Part shown: positions 8,607 through 18,490 of the stretch, piece by piece | Layout of the letters: every line of letters starts with the position of its first letter | How positions within the stretch are numbered: position 1 is the stretch's first letter | Virus record (IMG/VR): IMGVR_UViG_3300032893_000004 | Coordinates: 1 to 64,000 of that record | Reading direction: 5' to 3' (one strand) | DNA length: 64,000 bases | DNA from: a virus | Position numbers and translations under genes: made by a program | Notes under the pieces: generated by a model | Databases searched by the model: none | What the model saw: the letters and a program-made list of their open reading frames with translations, nothing else | What the model was told of the DNA's origin: nothing

Positions 8607-9328
8607 AAACCTATGGTGAAGTCCTTCTTCAATCGAAAACCGTTTCGCATGACGTCGCGAGGACGGACTACTTTAGTAGGCTGAAACTGCGTAAGATCCA
8701 GATCACCGACACCTTTAGTAGCCTGACCTGCCAGCACGTCATACTTACCGAGAGATTCTATGCCGAGCGGTGACAAGTCAACCTTCTCGCGAGCGGAATC
8801 GATTGCGCTCTGGATAAACGGCAGGAACTTCCCGTCGTTCATGATCAGACTGGCGTGCTCGATCGCTTCGTGCCGATATTCGTCACCGTCTGTAAACCGC
8901 TTGAACAACTCGTCCGGTCCGGAGGCATCTTCCGCCATCCGGTACGAAACGATCGCCCGAGCAGCCCACGTGCGAGCCGTCTTGCGCTGGATCTCCGCCA
9001 GAGATTCTTTGCCGAGTTCCGCGCGAGCCTTGTCGATGTCCAGAGCTTCGTTCTTCCGGAACGGCATCTCGGATGCGGCCAGCTTCTGAGGAATGCCCTT
9101 GACCCGTGCCATCTTAGCATGCGAGCCGGCCCAGTTGGACAGACGCTTGGCGTGCTGAATGGCGAATTCATCGTCGAACGTCCCGTGAGAAGTCATCATC
9201 TTCTTGGCGCGGGACACGAGCTGATGCGCTGCTTCCGCGTGATCCTGAGCATCCAGATGCTTGTTGCCGGGATGGGCTGCGTCGCCAAAGAACGATTTTC
9301 CGTTCGGAAGCTTCCCGGCTGGTTTCAT
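8603..9328 (-). CDS. hypothetical protein, possibly virion-associated
   Basis: ATG at 9328 overlaps the TAA of the fibre gene (TAATG); His/Ala-rich helices. Confidence 0.75.
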   Translation of the reverse strand: MKPAGKLPNGKSFFGDAAHPGNKHLDAQDHAEAAHQLVSRAKKMMTSHGTFDDEFAIQHAKRLSNWAGSHAKMARVKGIPQKLAASEMPFRKNEALDIDKARAELGKESLAEIQRKTARTWAARAIVSYRMAEDASGPDELFKRFTDGDEYRHEAIEHASLIMNDGKFLPFIQSAIDSAREKVDLSPLGIESLGKYDVLAGQATKGVGDLDLTQFQPTKVVRPRDVMRNGFRLKKDFTIGF

Positions 9329-12300
9329 TACGGAGTCGAAACGGCCTGGGTCTCGATCGCGAGCACCCACTGAACCGTAGCTCCTACAGAACCGTACACA
9401 ACTGCCATCACTTGGTTGCCTGAAACGGCGAAAACTATCGCGTAGTTCGCGCCGTCGCCGTCGAAACCGTTGACCCACGACAGCGGCTGTCCGGCTGCGG
9501 TAGCCACACCGCTCGATAGATAGAAGGTACCTTCCAAGCCGAACGAAGCGACTCCTAGAGGACCGTCCGACCGATACGCTGTCGCGTCGATCTTGATCCT
9601 ATAAGCTGTGTTGGCGTTGAGCGTAATCTGGCTGCCGGGCGAAGTAGGAGACGAAGTGATGATCGCGCCGGCCGCGCCGGTGACGACCTGCGCCGTCGTG
9701 AACTTCTGAACAGCCGAACCGGCGTGGTCGGTATGCGTCTTGACCGAGTGATAGCCGGACCAGATCGACTTAGGTTTATTCGTCTCGCTGCCGATCACGA
9801 AGCCTTGGTCCTGACCCGTGATATTGTAGATTCCGCCGAGCTGCGATGAACCGCCGTTGATGTAGATAGATCCGTTTACGACCAGGGCTGCGCTACCTAG
9901 CGGGACAGAGTCGGACGTGATCGAGACAGGCGTACCTGGCGCGATCTGGATAGAGTTACCAGCGTTGTACGCGGACTGAAGAGTCACGTCGGAAGACTTG
10001 GATACGACAGCCGAGCCGAACGCAGCTAAGTTCCTGAACCTTATGCGAGTGTTCGGCGGTGCCCACCGAATCATCTGGATCTTCGCCTTCGGACCGCCGA
10101 ACGTCTCGGTGTAGTCGACGTTTCCTTCGCGGATACCGTCGTTCCAGATCACGAGAAGTTCCTCGCCTGACAGAGAGGCATTAGCGTCCTGCTTGTAGTA
10201 GGAGTGATTCCCAAACACGACGAAGCCGCCGCCGCCGGTGACCTGCGTGCGCCGGTTCGGAGGCAGAACCATCTCGATACCGCCGCCGACCGAGTCTCCG
10301 TATATCGACGGAGCCGTGAAGGCGGGGTTGCCTGGGTTGTTGATGGTGAAGCCGGTGGCGGCGCCGTTCTGGAAGACGCCGGTGCCGTCGCTGAACGCTC
10401 CGAACACGATGTGAGCTAGGATACCGTTCGGACCAGGACCGTTAGGATTACCGCCAGGCATCACGATAGCGACGCCTTCGATGGTTTCCGATACGGCCGC
10501 TGTCCCATGCAAAACCCAGGCAAGGGCTGTGGGATTATACTGGGAACCTTGGTACATGTACGAGCCGGATCTGACGAGGCCGGAACCAGTCAGGTTGATC
10601 TGCTGAACGAACACAGATTCATCGTATACCGGCGTCATGAGAGCGGTGTTTACCTGACCGGCTTCTCGGTCTTCCTTCCGGAGAGCGAGTGTCAGGTTGT
10701 CCGTATCTTCGATGAACTGGTTCTCTCGGTAGTAAGTGACGGTCTGCGATGCAGCCAGCACGTTCGTGGCTTGCTGCATGATGACTGTTCTGGAAGTGAT
10801 GACGTTCTGGATCGTGAAGTAGTACATCGTCGTACCGTTGTAGTACGAGATCTGATCACCCTGCTGCATGATGTTGCCGGCGTCGGTCGTGAACGTGACC
10901 ATCTGAGTCAGGTTGTCGACAGCCTGTATCGTAAGCGACTGCGTGAACTGGTACGGGCCGGAAACTTGCGAGACGGAGTAGTTTGGATTGACGGCGCCTT
11001 CGGTGTTTGCTCCGGTATATATGAGAAGGTTATTGTCCACGCCGTCGTTGACGTTCCGAACCTCACCCGGCGACAGTTCCAGATCGCGGAAGTACACCTT
11101 AGGCAGCCCACCGTTGTCGCGGCGGACGGCGAGCCAGTACACGTCTGCGGTCGTATCCACGAGATCGTGCAGCTTCACGTATACTTTCGGATACGAGCCT
11201 TTAGAATACAGCATCGGACCGGTCGCGGCCGGCCTCTGGATAATCGTAGGAGCTTGTCCGCGATCGGTTACCAGAGTCACGGTCGTGGCGTTGATCGTCG
11301 CAATCTTGAGCCAGTAGTTGTCTGCCTCTCCAACGAACTTGATGAAGTCGCCGGGAACCAGAGCGTTTCCTTCCGCGTCGGTCATGATCGATGCAGTCGA
11401 GATGATTGACGATCCGCCGGCTGTCGTGAAGATCGTAGTGCCGGAGACGGGCTCGTTTCTCTCAAGGATAACGTACAGGACTTCTCCGTCCTGAACGTAA
11501 GCGGTACCTGTCTGACCGTTCACGTTGAACTGGTTAGCTGCCGGATCGACGTTCGGATCAGAAGTCTGCACGGTAGCTGTCTGTGGGATCGTGAAGGACA
11601 GGTCCCCGATTATCGACTTCACGACGATGTCGGAAGACCACTGAACCGGACCGGCGTACGGGTTGTTCGCGAAGTAGATGAACGTGTTGTCCAGACCGCC
11701 GACGTTGGTGTACGATTCGACCGATACTATGCCGGTACCCGTGATCTCGAAGGTATCCGCACCGGTCACCACGATTCCTACGTTGATGTATGACCGGATG
11801 TACTGGGACAACGAACTGTTGCCGTAGATCGTGAAGGACTGCGGACCGCCGGTGATCAAGTTGTGCGGAGAGAACGTAGTAACTGTCAGGTTGCCGGCGC
11901 CGTCGTTGGTGATGGTGGACACTCTCACCGGATTCAGAACCGTCGAGAGCGCCACTACGCCGTCTAGCTGGTACGCACCCGAGGCGATCGGCACGGAAGG
12001 CAACGTGGACGGACCTATCACGAACTGAACCTGATCGTTTCCGATACCGAACGCTTGCTGGTTGTCGACGTTGTACGCCGCCGGGAGTGCCTGAGTGATC
12101 GACAGCGTGAACTGGTAGTAGAACATGTCCGCGTTAGCACCTGCGGCGACTGCCGGGCTAGTGATCGCGCCGGGAGTACTTATCGTAACCTGATTGCCCG
12201 AAACCGCCTGAACGACGTGGACGCCGTCTAGCTGCTGCGACGTGAAGCCCGTAGCTTGCAAACCTTGAACGAGAATTTCCTGCTGCACGTCGAAGACAGC

Positions 12301-14145
12301 TGCCGACGCGTTCGCGGTCGACTGAGCCGACATCGTGAGAGTCGTACCTGATATGCCGATGACGTGAGCGAATCCGGCCGCGAAGTTCGAAGACGTGACG
12401 CGAGAACCCAGAAATACCTGCGACGTGCTGGACACCGCCGTGATCTGATCCGACGACATCGTGAAGTTACCGGTCAACGATACGGGCGCCAGGAACGAGT
12501 GGTTCGGGATCGTCAGAACGCCCGTGCTACCGATGCCGGCCGCGAACGACGTGATTGGCAGGTAAGGATTGTACGGCTGGCGAGTAGACGAGTCGAGCGA
12601 GCAGTTGTTCGTACCGGAAACGGTCGACGTCCCGGAACACGGCTGGACGGTAGCGAAAGTCAGCGATGTCGTGGACGGAGTGGAAGCTATCCTGAACACG
12701 CCGTTCGGCGGCGTACCAGAAGACAGAAGACCAGAGATGTTAACCCACTGACCTGGGTTCAGTCCGTGAGCGGTCGATGTGTTTACGGTAACGATCGACC
12801 ATACGGCCTGCGAGTTCGCGGTTCCGTCGTCGTTCGTAGTGAAGGACCAAGACGAGATGATGTTATTCGGAGTAGGATTGAGCGCCGACACTCTCTGCAG
12901 AGCTGCCCAGGTAGACGTATCGTCCACGAACGACTGAAGCATCCACTGGCTCGGGCTCGGGCGATACAGCCTTCGCTCAAACAGAGGCTCGTTGAATATG
13001 AACCCGTTATTGGACGTGATCGAGTTGATCAGGAGCGTTCCGCCGTTGAAGGCGGTTAGATCTGCGGCTACGCCGGAAGTTTGTCCCACGACGTACTCGT
13101 CGCCGGCCAAAGCAGTCGGATCTGTAGCGGATGACTGGAACGCACCGTACGTGACCGGCCCAGCCTGAAGAACGAGGTTGAACGAGATCTGACCGGCTCC
13201 GGTCATCACGGAACCGATCGAGTCGAGATACAGATCGTAGAGATTCAAGCCGACAGATGTGCCCGGAGTTGGTCCGTTGCCGGACGGTCCGCCTGTCCCG
13301 AAGTTGGAATCCATGTACCAGTAGACCGAGTTCGTGATCTCCTTGAAGCGCGTGTCCATCGCGTCGAGCTTATCTTTCAAAGTCTTGATGCTGAAGTCGC
13401 CGTAGAAGAACGCGTTCGGATCATCGCCGGGCTGAACCGTGAGAGGGTTGTATCCGGCGACGGTGGATATCCACTCGCGTCTGCCGGCAGCACCGGCTTG
13501 GGTATTCGTCAGGCCGCCCCACTGAAAAGAATTGTAGGGATTCGGATCTGCTCCGCCGGTGCCTAAGCGCCAGAAGTCGGTCGTGCACTTGGTTATGTAC
13601 TGGACAGCTCCGGTGTTGGTGGTAGACACGATCCACAGAGGCAGATACGTCGAGAAGCCGGAAGTCGAGATGTGATACTGATACTGAAGAATGTTCCCGA
13701 TCGGAACAGTCCTCTGGAACTCCAGCTGCTGAGAAGGCGACCAGCCGGCCGTCTGATCTGTCGTAGTCGGATCCGTGATGCGGGTGTAGTCCAGACCTAC
13801 GTAGTTGAGAGTGCCTGCCTGAAACGATCCGATCACGTTTGGATTGGACGGATTCAAGATGTCCGGCGGGGTAGTCGTCGGCACGCTGAGGATAGTACCG
13901 GACTGGGTGGCCGAGCTGTGAAGAAGAGTGGAGCCGGCTACGTTGACCTGAAGTTCCGAAGCGTTGATGGCTGCGTTAGGGATAACGATATCGAATCCGT
14001 TGATTAGATACGGCTGATTGACGCCGGTCATCATCCCGCGAAGTAACATATCGAAGTCGTAAGATACCGCAGATTCGATGGACCGCAAGTGCGGAAAATC
14101 TAATCTCATGCCGCTATAGCCTACTAAACGTCTATCAACGGCCAT
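9328..14145 (-). CDS. large baseplate/tail-fibre-like structural protein (1605 aa)
   Basis: Thr/Ser/Gly beta-rich; repeated T..HGL..G..V.I.G (E1-FCCH-like) modules; in tail module. Confidence 0.8.
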   Translation of the reverse strand: MAVDRRLVGYSGMRLDFPHLRSIESAVSYDFDMLLRGMMTGVNQPYLINGFDIVIPNAAINASELQVNVAGSTLLHSSATQSGTILSVPTTTPPDILNPSNPNVIGSFQAGTLNYVGLDYTRITDPTTTDQTAGWSPSQQLEFQRTVPIGNILQYQYHISTSGFSTYLPLWIVSTTNTGAVQYITKCTTDFWRLGTGGADPNPYNSFQWGGLTNTQAGAAGRREWISTVAGYNPLTVQPGDDPNAFFYGDFSIKTLKDKLDAMDTRFKEITNSVYWYMDSNFGTGGPSGNGPTPGTSVGLNLYDLYLDSIGSVMTGAGQISFNLVLQAGPVTYGAFQSSATDPTALAGDEYVVGQTSGVAADLTAFNGGTLLINSITSNNGFIFNEPLFERRLYRPSPSQWMLQSFVDDTSTWAALQRVSALNPTPNNIISSWSFTTNDDGTANSQAVWSIVTVNTSTAHGLNPGQWVNISGLLSSGTPPNGVFRIASTPSTTSLTFATVQPCSGTSTVSGTNNCSLDSSTRQPYNPYLPITSFAAGIGSTGVLTIPNHSFLAPVSLTGNFTMSSDQITAVSSTSQVFLGSRVTSSNFAAGFAHVIGISGTTLTMSAQSTANASAAVFDVQQEILVQGLQATGFTSQQLDGVHVVQAVSGNQVTISTPGAITSPAVAAGANADMFYYQFTLSITQALPAAYNVDNQQAFGIGNDQVQFVIGPSTLPSVPIASGAYQLDGVVALSTVLNPVRVSTITNDGAGNLTVTTFSPHNLITGGPQSFTIYGNSSLSQYIRSYINVGIVVTGADTFEITGTGIVSVESYTNVGGLDNTFIYFANNPYAGPVQWSSDIVVKSIIGDLSFTIPQTATVQTSDPNVDPAANQFNVNGQTGTAYVQDGEVLYVILERNEPVSGTTIFTTAGGSSIISTASIMTDAEGNALVPGDFIKFVGEADNYWLKIATINATTVTLVTDRGQAPTIIQRPAATGPMLYSKGSYPKVYVKLHDLVDTTADVYWLAVRRDNGGLPKVYFRDLELSPGEVRNVNDGVDNNLLIYTGANTEGAVNPNYSVSQVSGPYQFTQSLTIQAVDNLTQMVTFTTDAGNIMQQGDQISYYNGTTMYYFTIQNVITSRTVIMQQATNVLAASQTVTYYRENQFIEDTDNLTLALRKEDREAGQVNTALMTPVYDESVFVQQINLTGSGLVRSGSYMYQGSQYNPTALAWVLHGTAAVSETIEGVAIVMPGGNPNGPGPNGILAHIVFGAFSDGTGVFQNGAATGFTINNPGNPAFTAPSIYGDSVGGGIEMVLPPNRRTQVTGGGGFVVFGNHSYYKQDANASLSGEELLVIWNDGIREGNVDYTETFGGPKAKIQMIRWAPPNTRIRFRNLAAFGSAVVSKSSDVTLQSAYNAGNSIQIAPGTPVSITSDSVPLGSAALVVNGSIYINGGSSQLGGIYNITGQDQGFVIGSETNKPKSIWSGYHSVKTHTDHAGSAVQKFTTAQVVTGAAGAIITSSPTSPGSQITLNANTAYRIKIDATAYRSDGPLGVASFGLEGTFYLSSGVATAAGQPLSWVNGFDGDGANYAIVFAVSGNQVMAVVYGSVGATVQWVLAIETQAVSTP

Positions 14146-14626
14146 TGGAATATCTCCCGTGAATACGACGAGTCTTCCCGCTTTTCAGCTTAGATTCGTG
14201 ATTGTTTATCAGATGATAATTGGCTAATCCGACTTTTCTCAAAAGCTCTTTATGTTCAGGTCGAGCATGTAATCTTTTCGAGGCTTCCGATATCTTCCGT
14301 TTCGTCTCTTCGGAGTGTTTACCGTGAGAAAATCCGCCGTCCATCAAATTATATCCTTTGGAAGGATCAGTTGTTTCGAAGATGCGAACTGCATTTTTCT
14401 CCACCGCGTCTAATTCTTCGCGGGAATTGCAACGGTCTAGGATTATCTCTTCGAATTCTGACATACCATACTTTCGTAATGCATTGTAAAATGGGCGATT
14501 CAAGATCTTTTTGAAAGCATTCTGCTTGTGATCGCGCCGACGGTGCGACATCGGCTGCGTAGTCTGCCCGATGTACATCTTCATGTTTTGCCTGTTGACG
14601 TAGGCATAAACGATACCGTAATTCAT
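14135..14626 (-). CDS. GIY-YIG homing endonuclease with NUMOD3
   Basis: GIVY...YIGQT, GYN, KHSEETKRKISEA; AT-richer than flanks. Confidence 0.9.
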   Translation of the reverse strand: MNYGIVYAYVNRQNMKMYIGQTTQPMSHRRRDHKQNAFKKILNRPFYNALRKYGMSEFEEIILDRCNSREELDAVEKNAVRIFETTDPSKGYNLMDGGFSHGKHSEETKRKISEASKRLHARPEHKELLRKVGLANYHLINNHESKLKSGKTRRIHGRYSNGR

Positions 14627-14644
14627 ATGTCCTCGTTAGATATG

Positions 14645-14653
14645 AAGATTAGG
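14645..14653 (-). promoter_or_regulatory. putative late promoter motif CCTAATCTT
   Basis: Intergenic, 19 nt upstream of ATG 14626. Confidence 0.65.
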
Positions 14654-14657
14654 CTCG

Positions 14658-15113
14658 TCACAGCGTTAGACCTGGGGTCATCTGGAGCCCGTCGAACTGG
14701 AGATCTACCTGTACGATTCCCCGCGCGGGCACCGAGATCGTGTAGGTGCCGACCTTGCAGTACTCGCATGCGTACACGAGATTTAACGTGGCACGGTCCA
14801 GAATCTGAAACGAGAGGTATTTTGACTGGGTGGCTATGTAAGATCCGTCCGTATCTATGCGATATGAGACGAGTCCGAGTGATTCCGGAGTGGTTCCTTT
14901 CGGAAGATAAACCGTCAGCGACCCTTTCACGAACTGAGGAGCAGCTCCCTGGGCGATCTCGGCCGGAATCGGACTGTCGACCACGAACGTCTGCTTCTGC
15001 CCTTGGGAAACGGTAGAGGTAAAGTTGCGGGCGTATCCGATCGTCTTGGACGTACCGTCGTCGTAGCCAACTTTGAGCAGGAGGCTCGCTCCTGTATGCA
15101 GAAGACTTTTCAT
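14658..15113 (-). CDS. tail tube-like protein
   Basis: 151 aa, HTGA...IGYA...VDSPIPAEI...beta pattern resembling myophage tube-fold proteins. Confidence 0.55.
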   Translation of the reverse strand: MKSLLHTGASLLLKVGYDDGTSKTIGYARNFTSTVSQGQKQTFVVDSPIPAEIAQGAAPQFVKGSLTVYLPKGTTPESLGLVSYRIDTDGSYIATQSKYLSFQILDRATLNLVYACEYCKVGTYTISVPARGIVQVDLQFDGLQMTPGLTL

Positions 15114-15223
15114 CTAGAAGTGGATTCCTCCGGATATGACGAAGCCTAGAAACGCGACTTTGTCGGCTCCAAGCATATTCACGAAATTCTGAACTTCGAT
15201 TGCAAAAATGTAAATACGTGTTT

Positions 15224-15490
15224 TCATTGCACCTTCTTACACCACTGCGGATCGAAGAGCAGATGCGGCAGCTGGAATGTCGTTCCGAACTTTTTGTTCG
15301 CGATCTTGACGACCATCTTGAGCTTGTCATACGCCGCTCGCAGACGCGTCTGCGCTCGGATGAGTTCTTCCCGTTCCGGAAGCTTGTGCTCAAGATAGAG
15401 GTCCACGGCTTGCTCGCATGCCGCGACGTAGTCTTCCATCGCTTCGGCGTGAAATGATACTGCGAGTTCTTTCTGACCGTGAAACATCAC
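15224..15490 (-). CDS. hypothetical protein
   Basis: GTGA overlap. Confidence 0.65.
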   Translation of the reverse strand: MMFHGQKELAVSFHAEAMEDYVAACEQAVDLYLEHKLPEREELIRAQTRLRAAYDKLKMVVKIANKKFGTTFQLPHLLFDPQWCKKVQ

Positions 15491-15858
15491 GACCTCGAAA
15501 TGGTGCCGAGAGGGGCGACGAAGAAAGAGTTAGTCTTAGGAACCTCAGCGCGAGTAACGGTGGTTTCGTCTATTGACGCGGAAGTGGTGGTTATCACGCC
15601 GCTGGTCGCAGTGATCGTGGTGATAATCTCCGGCTGTCCGCAGATCTTACAGTGCCGCATCAAGGCAGACGTTCCGATCGGATCGTAAGCGCAAGGACCT
15701 GGATTGCAGCGAACCTGCCACACCGAAGGGATATAGATGGGTGCCGGACCGAACCCGATCGTCTGAGAATAGGCTGGCCGCTTCTCAAGTTCTGCGATCA
15801 GTTTTCGCTGAGTTTCGAGAAGCTCCTGCATCAGCTTCATCTCTCTGGACTTTTTCAT
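15487..15858 (-). CDS. hypothetical protein (coiled coil plus Cys cluster)
   Basis: GAGGAGG SD. Confidence 0.7.
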   Translation of the reverse strand: MKKSREMKLMQELLETQRKLIAELEKRPAYSQTIGFGPAPIYIPSVWQVRCNPGPCAYDPIGTSALMRHCKICGQPEIITTITATSGVITTTSASIDETTVTRAEVPKTNSFFVAPLGTISRS

Positions 15859-16000
15859 GTTTTCCTCCTCTTATTAGTATCATACCATGATTCATGCGAC
15901 GCCTGAGATCGCTTACTCTGCAGCGTTCCCCGGAAGAGTGAATCAGCTTGACCGGTCTCATCCCCATCGCTCGCATGAAGAGATCTACCAGCCACTTCAC
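15785..16000 (-). CDS. possible small protein
   Basis: GTGA overlap with 15997 stop, but overlaps next gene. Confidence 0.4.
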   Translation of the reverse strand: MKWLVDLFMRAMGMRPVKLIHSSGERCRVSDLRRRMNHGMILIRGGKHEKVQRDEADAGASRNSAKTDRRT

Positions 16001-18249
16001 GACGGATCCGGCCCGTAGATGTAGACCACGTCGGACTGCGGCGACGCGTTCGGAAGCGTGGAATCTCCGGCGTTACCCCAACCTTCGTCGTTCGGGTAGA
16101 TTATGATGATCTCGACGTTGACTCCGGCTGCGATGATCGACTCGATGATCTGCTGAGCATAGATCCTGCCGTTCGCGGTGCCGGTCACGAAGAAGCTGTA
16201 GTCCGATCCGTCGAGCGCTGGGGTGTAAGCCTGCGTAGCCGATATCAGAGTCACATCCTCGCCGATCTCGTGGTCGAACTGAAACCGATAAGCCGTATCC
16301 ATGATGAGCGTCGTGATCGTGCCGGCTACGATCGGCGTCGACAGGCCGGTCGTCTCGAACGCTATCTGCGATGTCGTATTGTTGAAGGTGTACACGTTCA
16401 GCGATGGTGTAGAAGTTACGGTCCACGAGCCGTTGAAGTGCAGCGTCCCGGTGATGAATACTTCCTGTCCTACTACAAGACCGTGCGGTCCGTCCGTCGT
16501 GACTGTCGCGGTGTTTCCGTTCTGGGAGATGGTCTCGATGATGACCGCTTCAGCCGAAGTCGAAGACTGAGCGGCTAGGTACGTCACCGGCGATTCCTGG
16601 TTGTCGCCGTTGAGCGAGAACAGCAGCTGTCCTTCCGCGTTCGGGAGCTGGCCCTGCACCTGGAGGGTCGACAGATTCTGGCCTGCTACGATCGCCTGTC
16701 GAAGCGTGACGTACTGAGACGTGAGAGTGTAGTTCGCGGTCGGATCCACCATGTACGCGCCCAGAAACGGGTTAACCGGGTCGTCTTCCAGCAAGATTCC
16801 TACCACCACGCCGACAACTTGAGTACTGAATACCTGACCAAATTGGTTAGGTACTCCGGTGATGCCGTGAGGAGTGGTCGTCTGAACGGTCGTAAACCCT
16901 TGTTCCCTGAAGATATCCTGGATCGTGAACGTGTTCGACCCGACAGTCAGCGTACCGCCCGAGCCGGACACGTCGTACCCGTCCTGAGCGTACCTGATCG
17001 TGAGAGGGTTCACCACTTGGATCTGAGCCGACGGGACAGTAACCGAGCCGAACGATCCGTTCAGCTCCTGCGACGTGTAGAGAAGGTGAGTGTGAGCTGA
17101 CCCGATCAGGCTGCGCTCTACTACCTGAGTAGACGCGGGCATGTATATCTTCAGCACGCCGTCGGCCGGCTCGAAGGCCAGAGCGTATCTCACCTGAGAA
17201 TACGCTGTGTTCTTGTACGGTAGGAAGAACTTCAGATCGGAGTACAACGCCTGCGTCAGCGTGATAGAGTAGTATGTCGGCGGCGAATTGGCTGGAGGAG
17301 TTGTGTTCGGCGGTATCGAAGCTAGCTGGATCGGACCTGCGAACTCAGGCACTTGTATCTCGAAGTATCCAGCCGAGGGGTTCGGAGTCGGCTGGCACGG
17401 CGAGGCTGCTGTGACGGTGAACGTCCCGTAGAAGCCGGCGTCCTGGAACTGCTCGCCGTAGATCATGACTGAGTCGCCGGGCAACACGAACGACAGAAGC
17501 GGCTGCGGACCGCCGTTCCACGAGAACCGGTACGTGTCGCCGAGATTTCGCGTGATCTGCCATACCGTCGTGTTCGAAGGCAGCATGGTCGGGCGTATGG
17601 TCGGGAACTCAAGCTCGTTCTGGATCGTCCCGCCGACTATCTCGACCAGCGAGTACGGCCCGCGAGCGCCACCGAAGATCTGAACGTACTCGTCGCCGGT
17701 GTCGAAGTCGGTGTACACCTGCGCGTACCCGTCGGATCCGAGAGATGCTATGTAGCGAGAGATCACGTCGACGATCTCTTCGGCGGTCGCCGCCGACGGA
17801 TCCAGAAACTCGTCTCCTACCAGTGTCAAGATATTGGTCACACCATTTTCCAGCACGAATCGGAGGTCGTCGCCTGCCTTGAACGAGTACGGCGCAGCTA
17901 CGCCGGAGATGGTGGTAGCTCGGGTTGCCTGGTCGCCGTAGAAGGCTGCAAGCACGGCGTGGATCGCATCCGTGATCAGCTTCTCTTGGACGATCGTGAT
18001 ACCCATCTCGCTGAACGCGAAGTCGGCCATGCCTAAGTCGCCAGGTCTGACGACGCCCTTCGCGGCGAGCAGCTGGTCTAGGTAGACGCCGGAGCTGGTC
18101 GAGATCGTCAGCTGGTCGGTGACGGCTACGGACAGCTGATCCTGCGCTTCGAGCTGGTCAGAGATGGATTCGAAGAATGCCTGCGCGTTCGGCCCGTCTA
18201 CGAAATCAGAGATAAATTGTCGGAATTGTTGATATCTTGAGAGAGCCAC
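15997..18249 (-). CDS. baseplate wedge protein, P2 gpI-like N-terminus (750 aa)
   Basis: STSSGVYLDQL..KGVVRP..D N-terminal motif, AAGV C-terminal motif, FCCH-like repeats. Confidence 0.7.
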   Translation of the reverse strand: MALSRYQQFRQFISDFVDGPNAQAFFESISDQLEAQDQLSVAVTDQLTISTSSGVYLDQLLAAKGVVRPGDLGMADFAFSEMGITIVQEKLITDAIHAVLAAFYGDQATRATTISGVAAPYSFKAGDDLRFVLENGVTNILTLVGDEFLDPSAATAEEIVDVISRYIASLGSDGYAQVYTDFDTGDEYVQIFGGARGPYSLVEIVGGTIQNELEFPTIRPTMLPSNTTVWQITRNLGDTYRFSWNGGPQPLLSFVLPGDSVMIYGEQFQDAGFYGTFTVTAASPCQPTPNPSAGYFEIQVPEFAGPIQLASIPPNTTPPANSPPTYYSITLTQALYSDLKFFLPYKNTAYSQVRYALAFEPADGVLKIYMPASTQVVERSLIGSAHTHLLYTSQELNGSFGSVTVPSAQIQVVNPLTIRYAQDGYDVSGSGGTLTVGSNTFTIQDIFREQGFTTVQTTTPHGITGVPNQFGQVFSTQVVGVVVGILLEDDPVNPFLGAYMVDPTANYTLTSQYVTLRQAIVAGQNLSTLQVQGQLPNAEGQLLFSLNGDNQESPVTYLAAQSSTSAEAVIIETISQNGNTATVTTDGPHGLVVGQEVFITGTLHFNGSWTVTSTPSLNVYTFNNTTSQIAFETTGLSTPIVAGTITTLIMDTAYRFQFDHEIGEDVTLISATQAYTPALDGSDYSFFVTGTANGRIYAQQIIESIIAAGVNVEIIIIYPNDEGWGNAGDSTLPNASPQSDVVYIYGPDPS

Positions 18250-18264
18250 TGTTCACCTATTAGA

Positions 18265-18391
18265 GGCGAGACCGGCTGGACTACCCAACACCTCCGCTAA
18301 CCCGGTTTCTTGGCGGGCTCTGCCGCGCCTGGATCGATCGGCACCGGACGGGCGGTAGCCTCTCCAGAACGGGCTATTGAGCTACGGTCTC
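18265..18391 (-). ncRNA. remodelled tRNA-like RNA (127 nt)
   Basis: Acceptor GAGACCG/CGGTCTC+G+CC; TA; D-stem GCTC/GAGC with large two-hairpin insert; T-stem GTTGG/CCAGC with 5-nt loop. Confidence 0.7.
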
Positions 18392-18399
18392 TTTAATTG

Positions 18400-18408
18400 A
18401 AGATTAGG
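18400..18408 (-). promoter_or_regulatory. putative late promoter motif CCTAATCTT
   Basis: 8 nt upstream of the 5' G of the tRNA-like RNA. Confidence 0.7.
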
Positions 18409-18410
18409 GT

Positions 18411-18476
18411 CCGACTCCGACCGTGTGAACCCGCTGTGTACAGCGTTTTTAAGATTCAAGCCCCAGTCGGAGTCGG
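18411..18476 (-). ncRNA. end-paired hairpin RNA candidate
   Basis: 11-bp perfect terminal IR CCGACTCCGAC/GTCGGAGTCGG plus internal stems. Confidence 0.45.
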
Positions 18477-18490
18477 CGTAAAAGATAAAA

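Noticed and set aside
10204-14007. Long + strand ORFs opposite structural genes (also throughout 40612-56024)
   Set aside because: Antisense shadows of GC3-biased genes with no SD or recognisable motifs.
9328-14145. Diversity-generating retroelement targeting fibre genes
   Set aside because: No reverse transcriptase and no template/variable repeat pair seen.
14135-14657. Group I intron around the GIY-YIG gene
   Set aside because: Flanking genes are intact and there is no room for an intron core.
18265-18391. Canonical tRNA or intron-containing tRNA
   Set aside because: No TTC T-loop, no 7-nt anticodon loop, and the insert is far too short for a group I intron; reported as tRNA-like instead.
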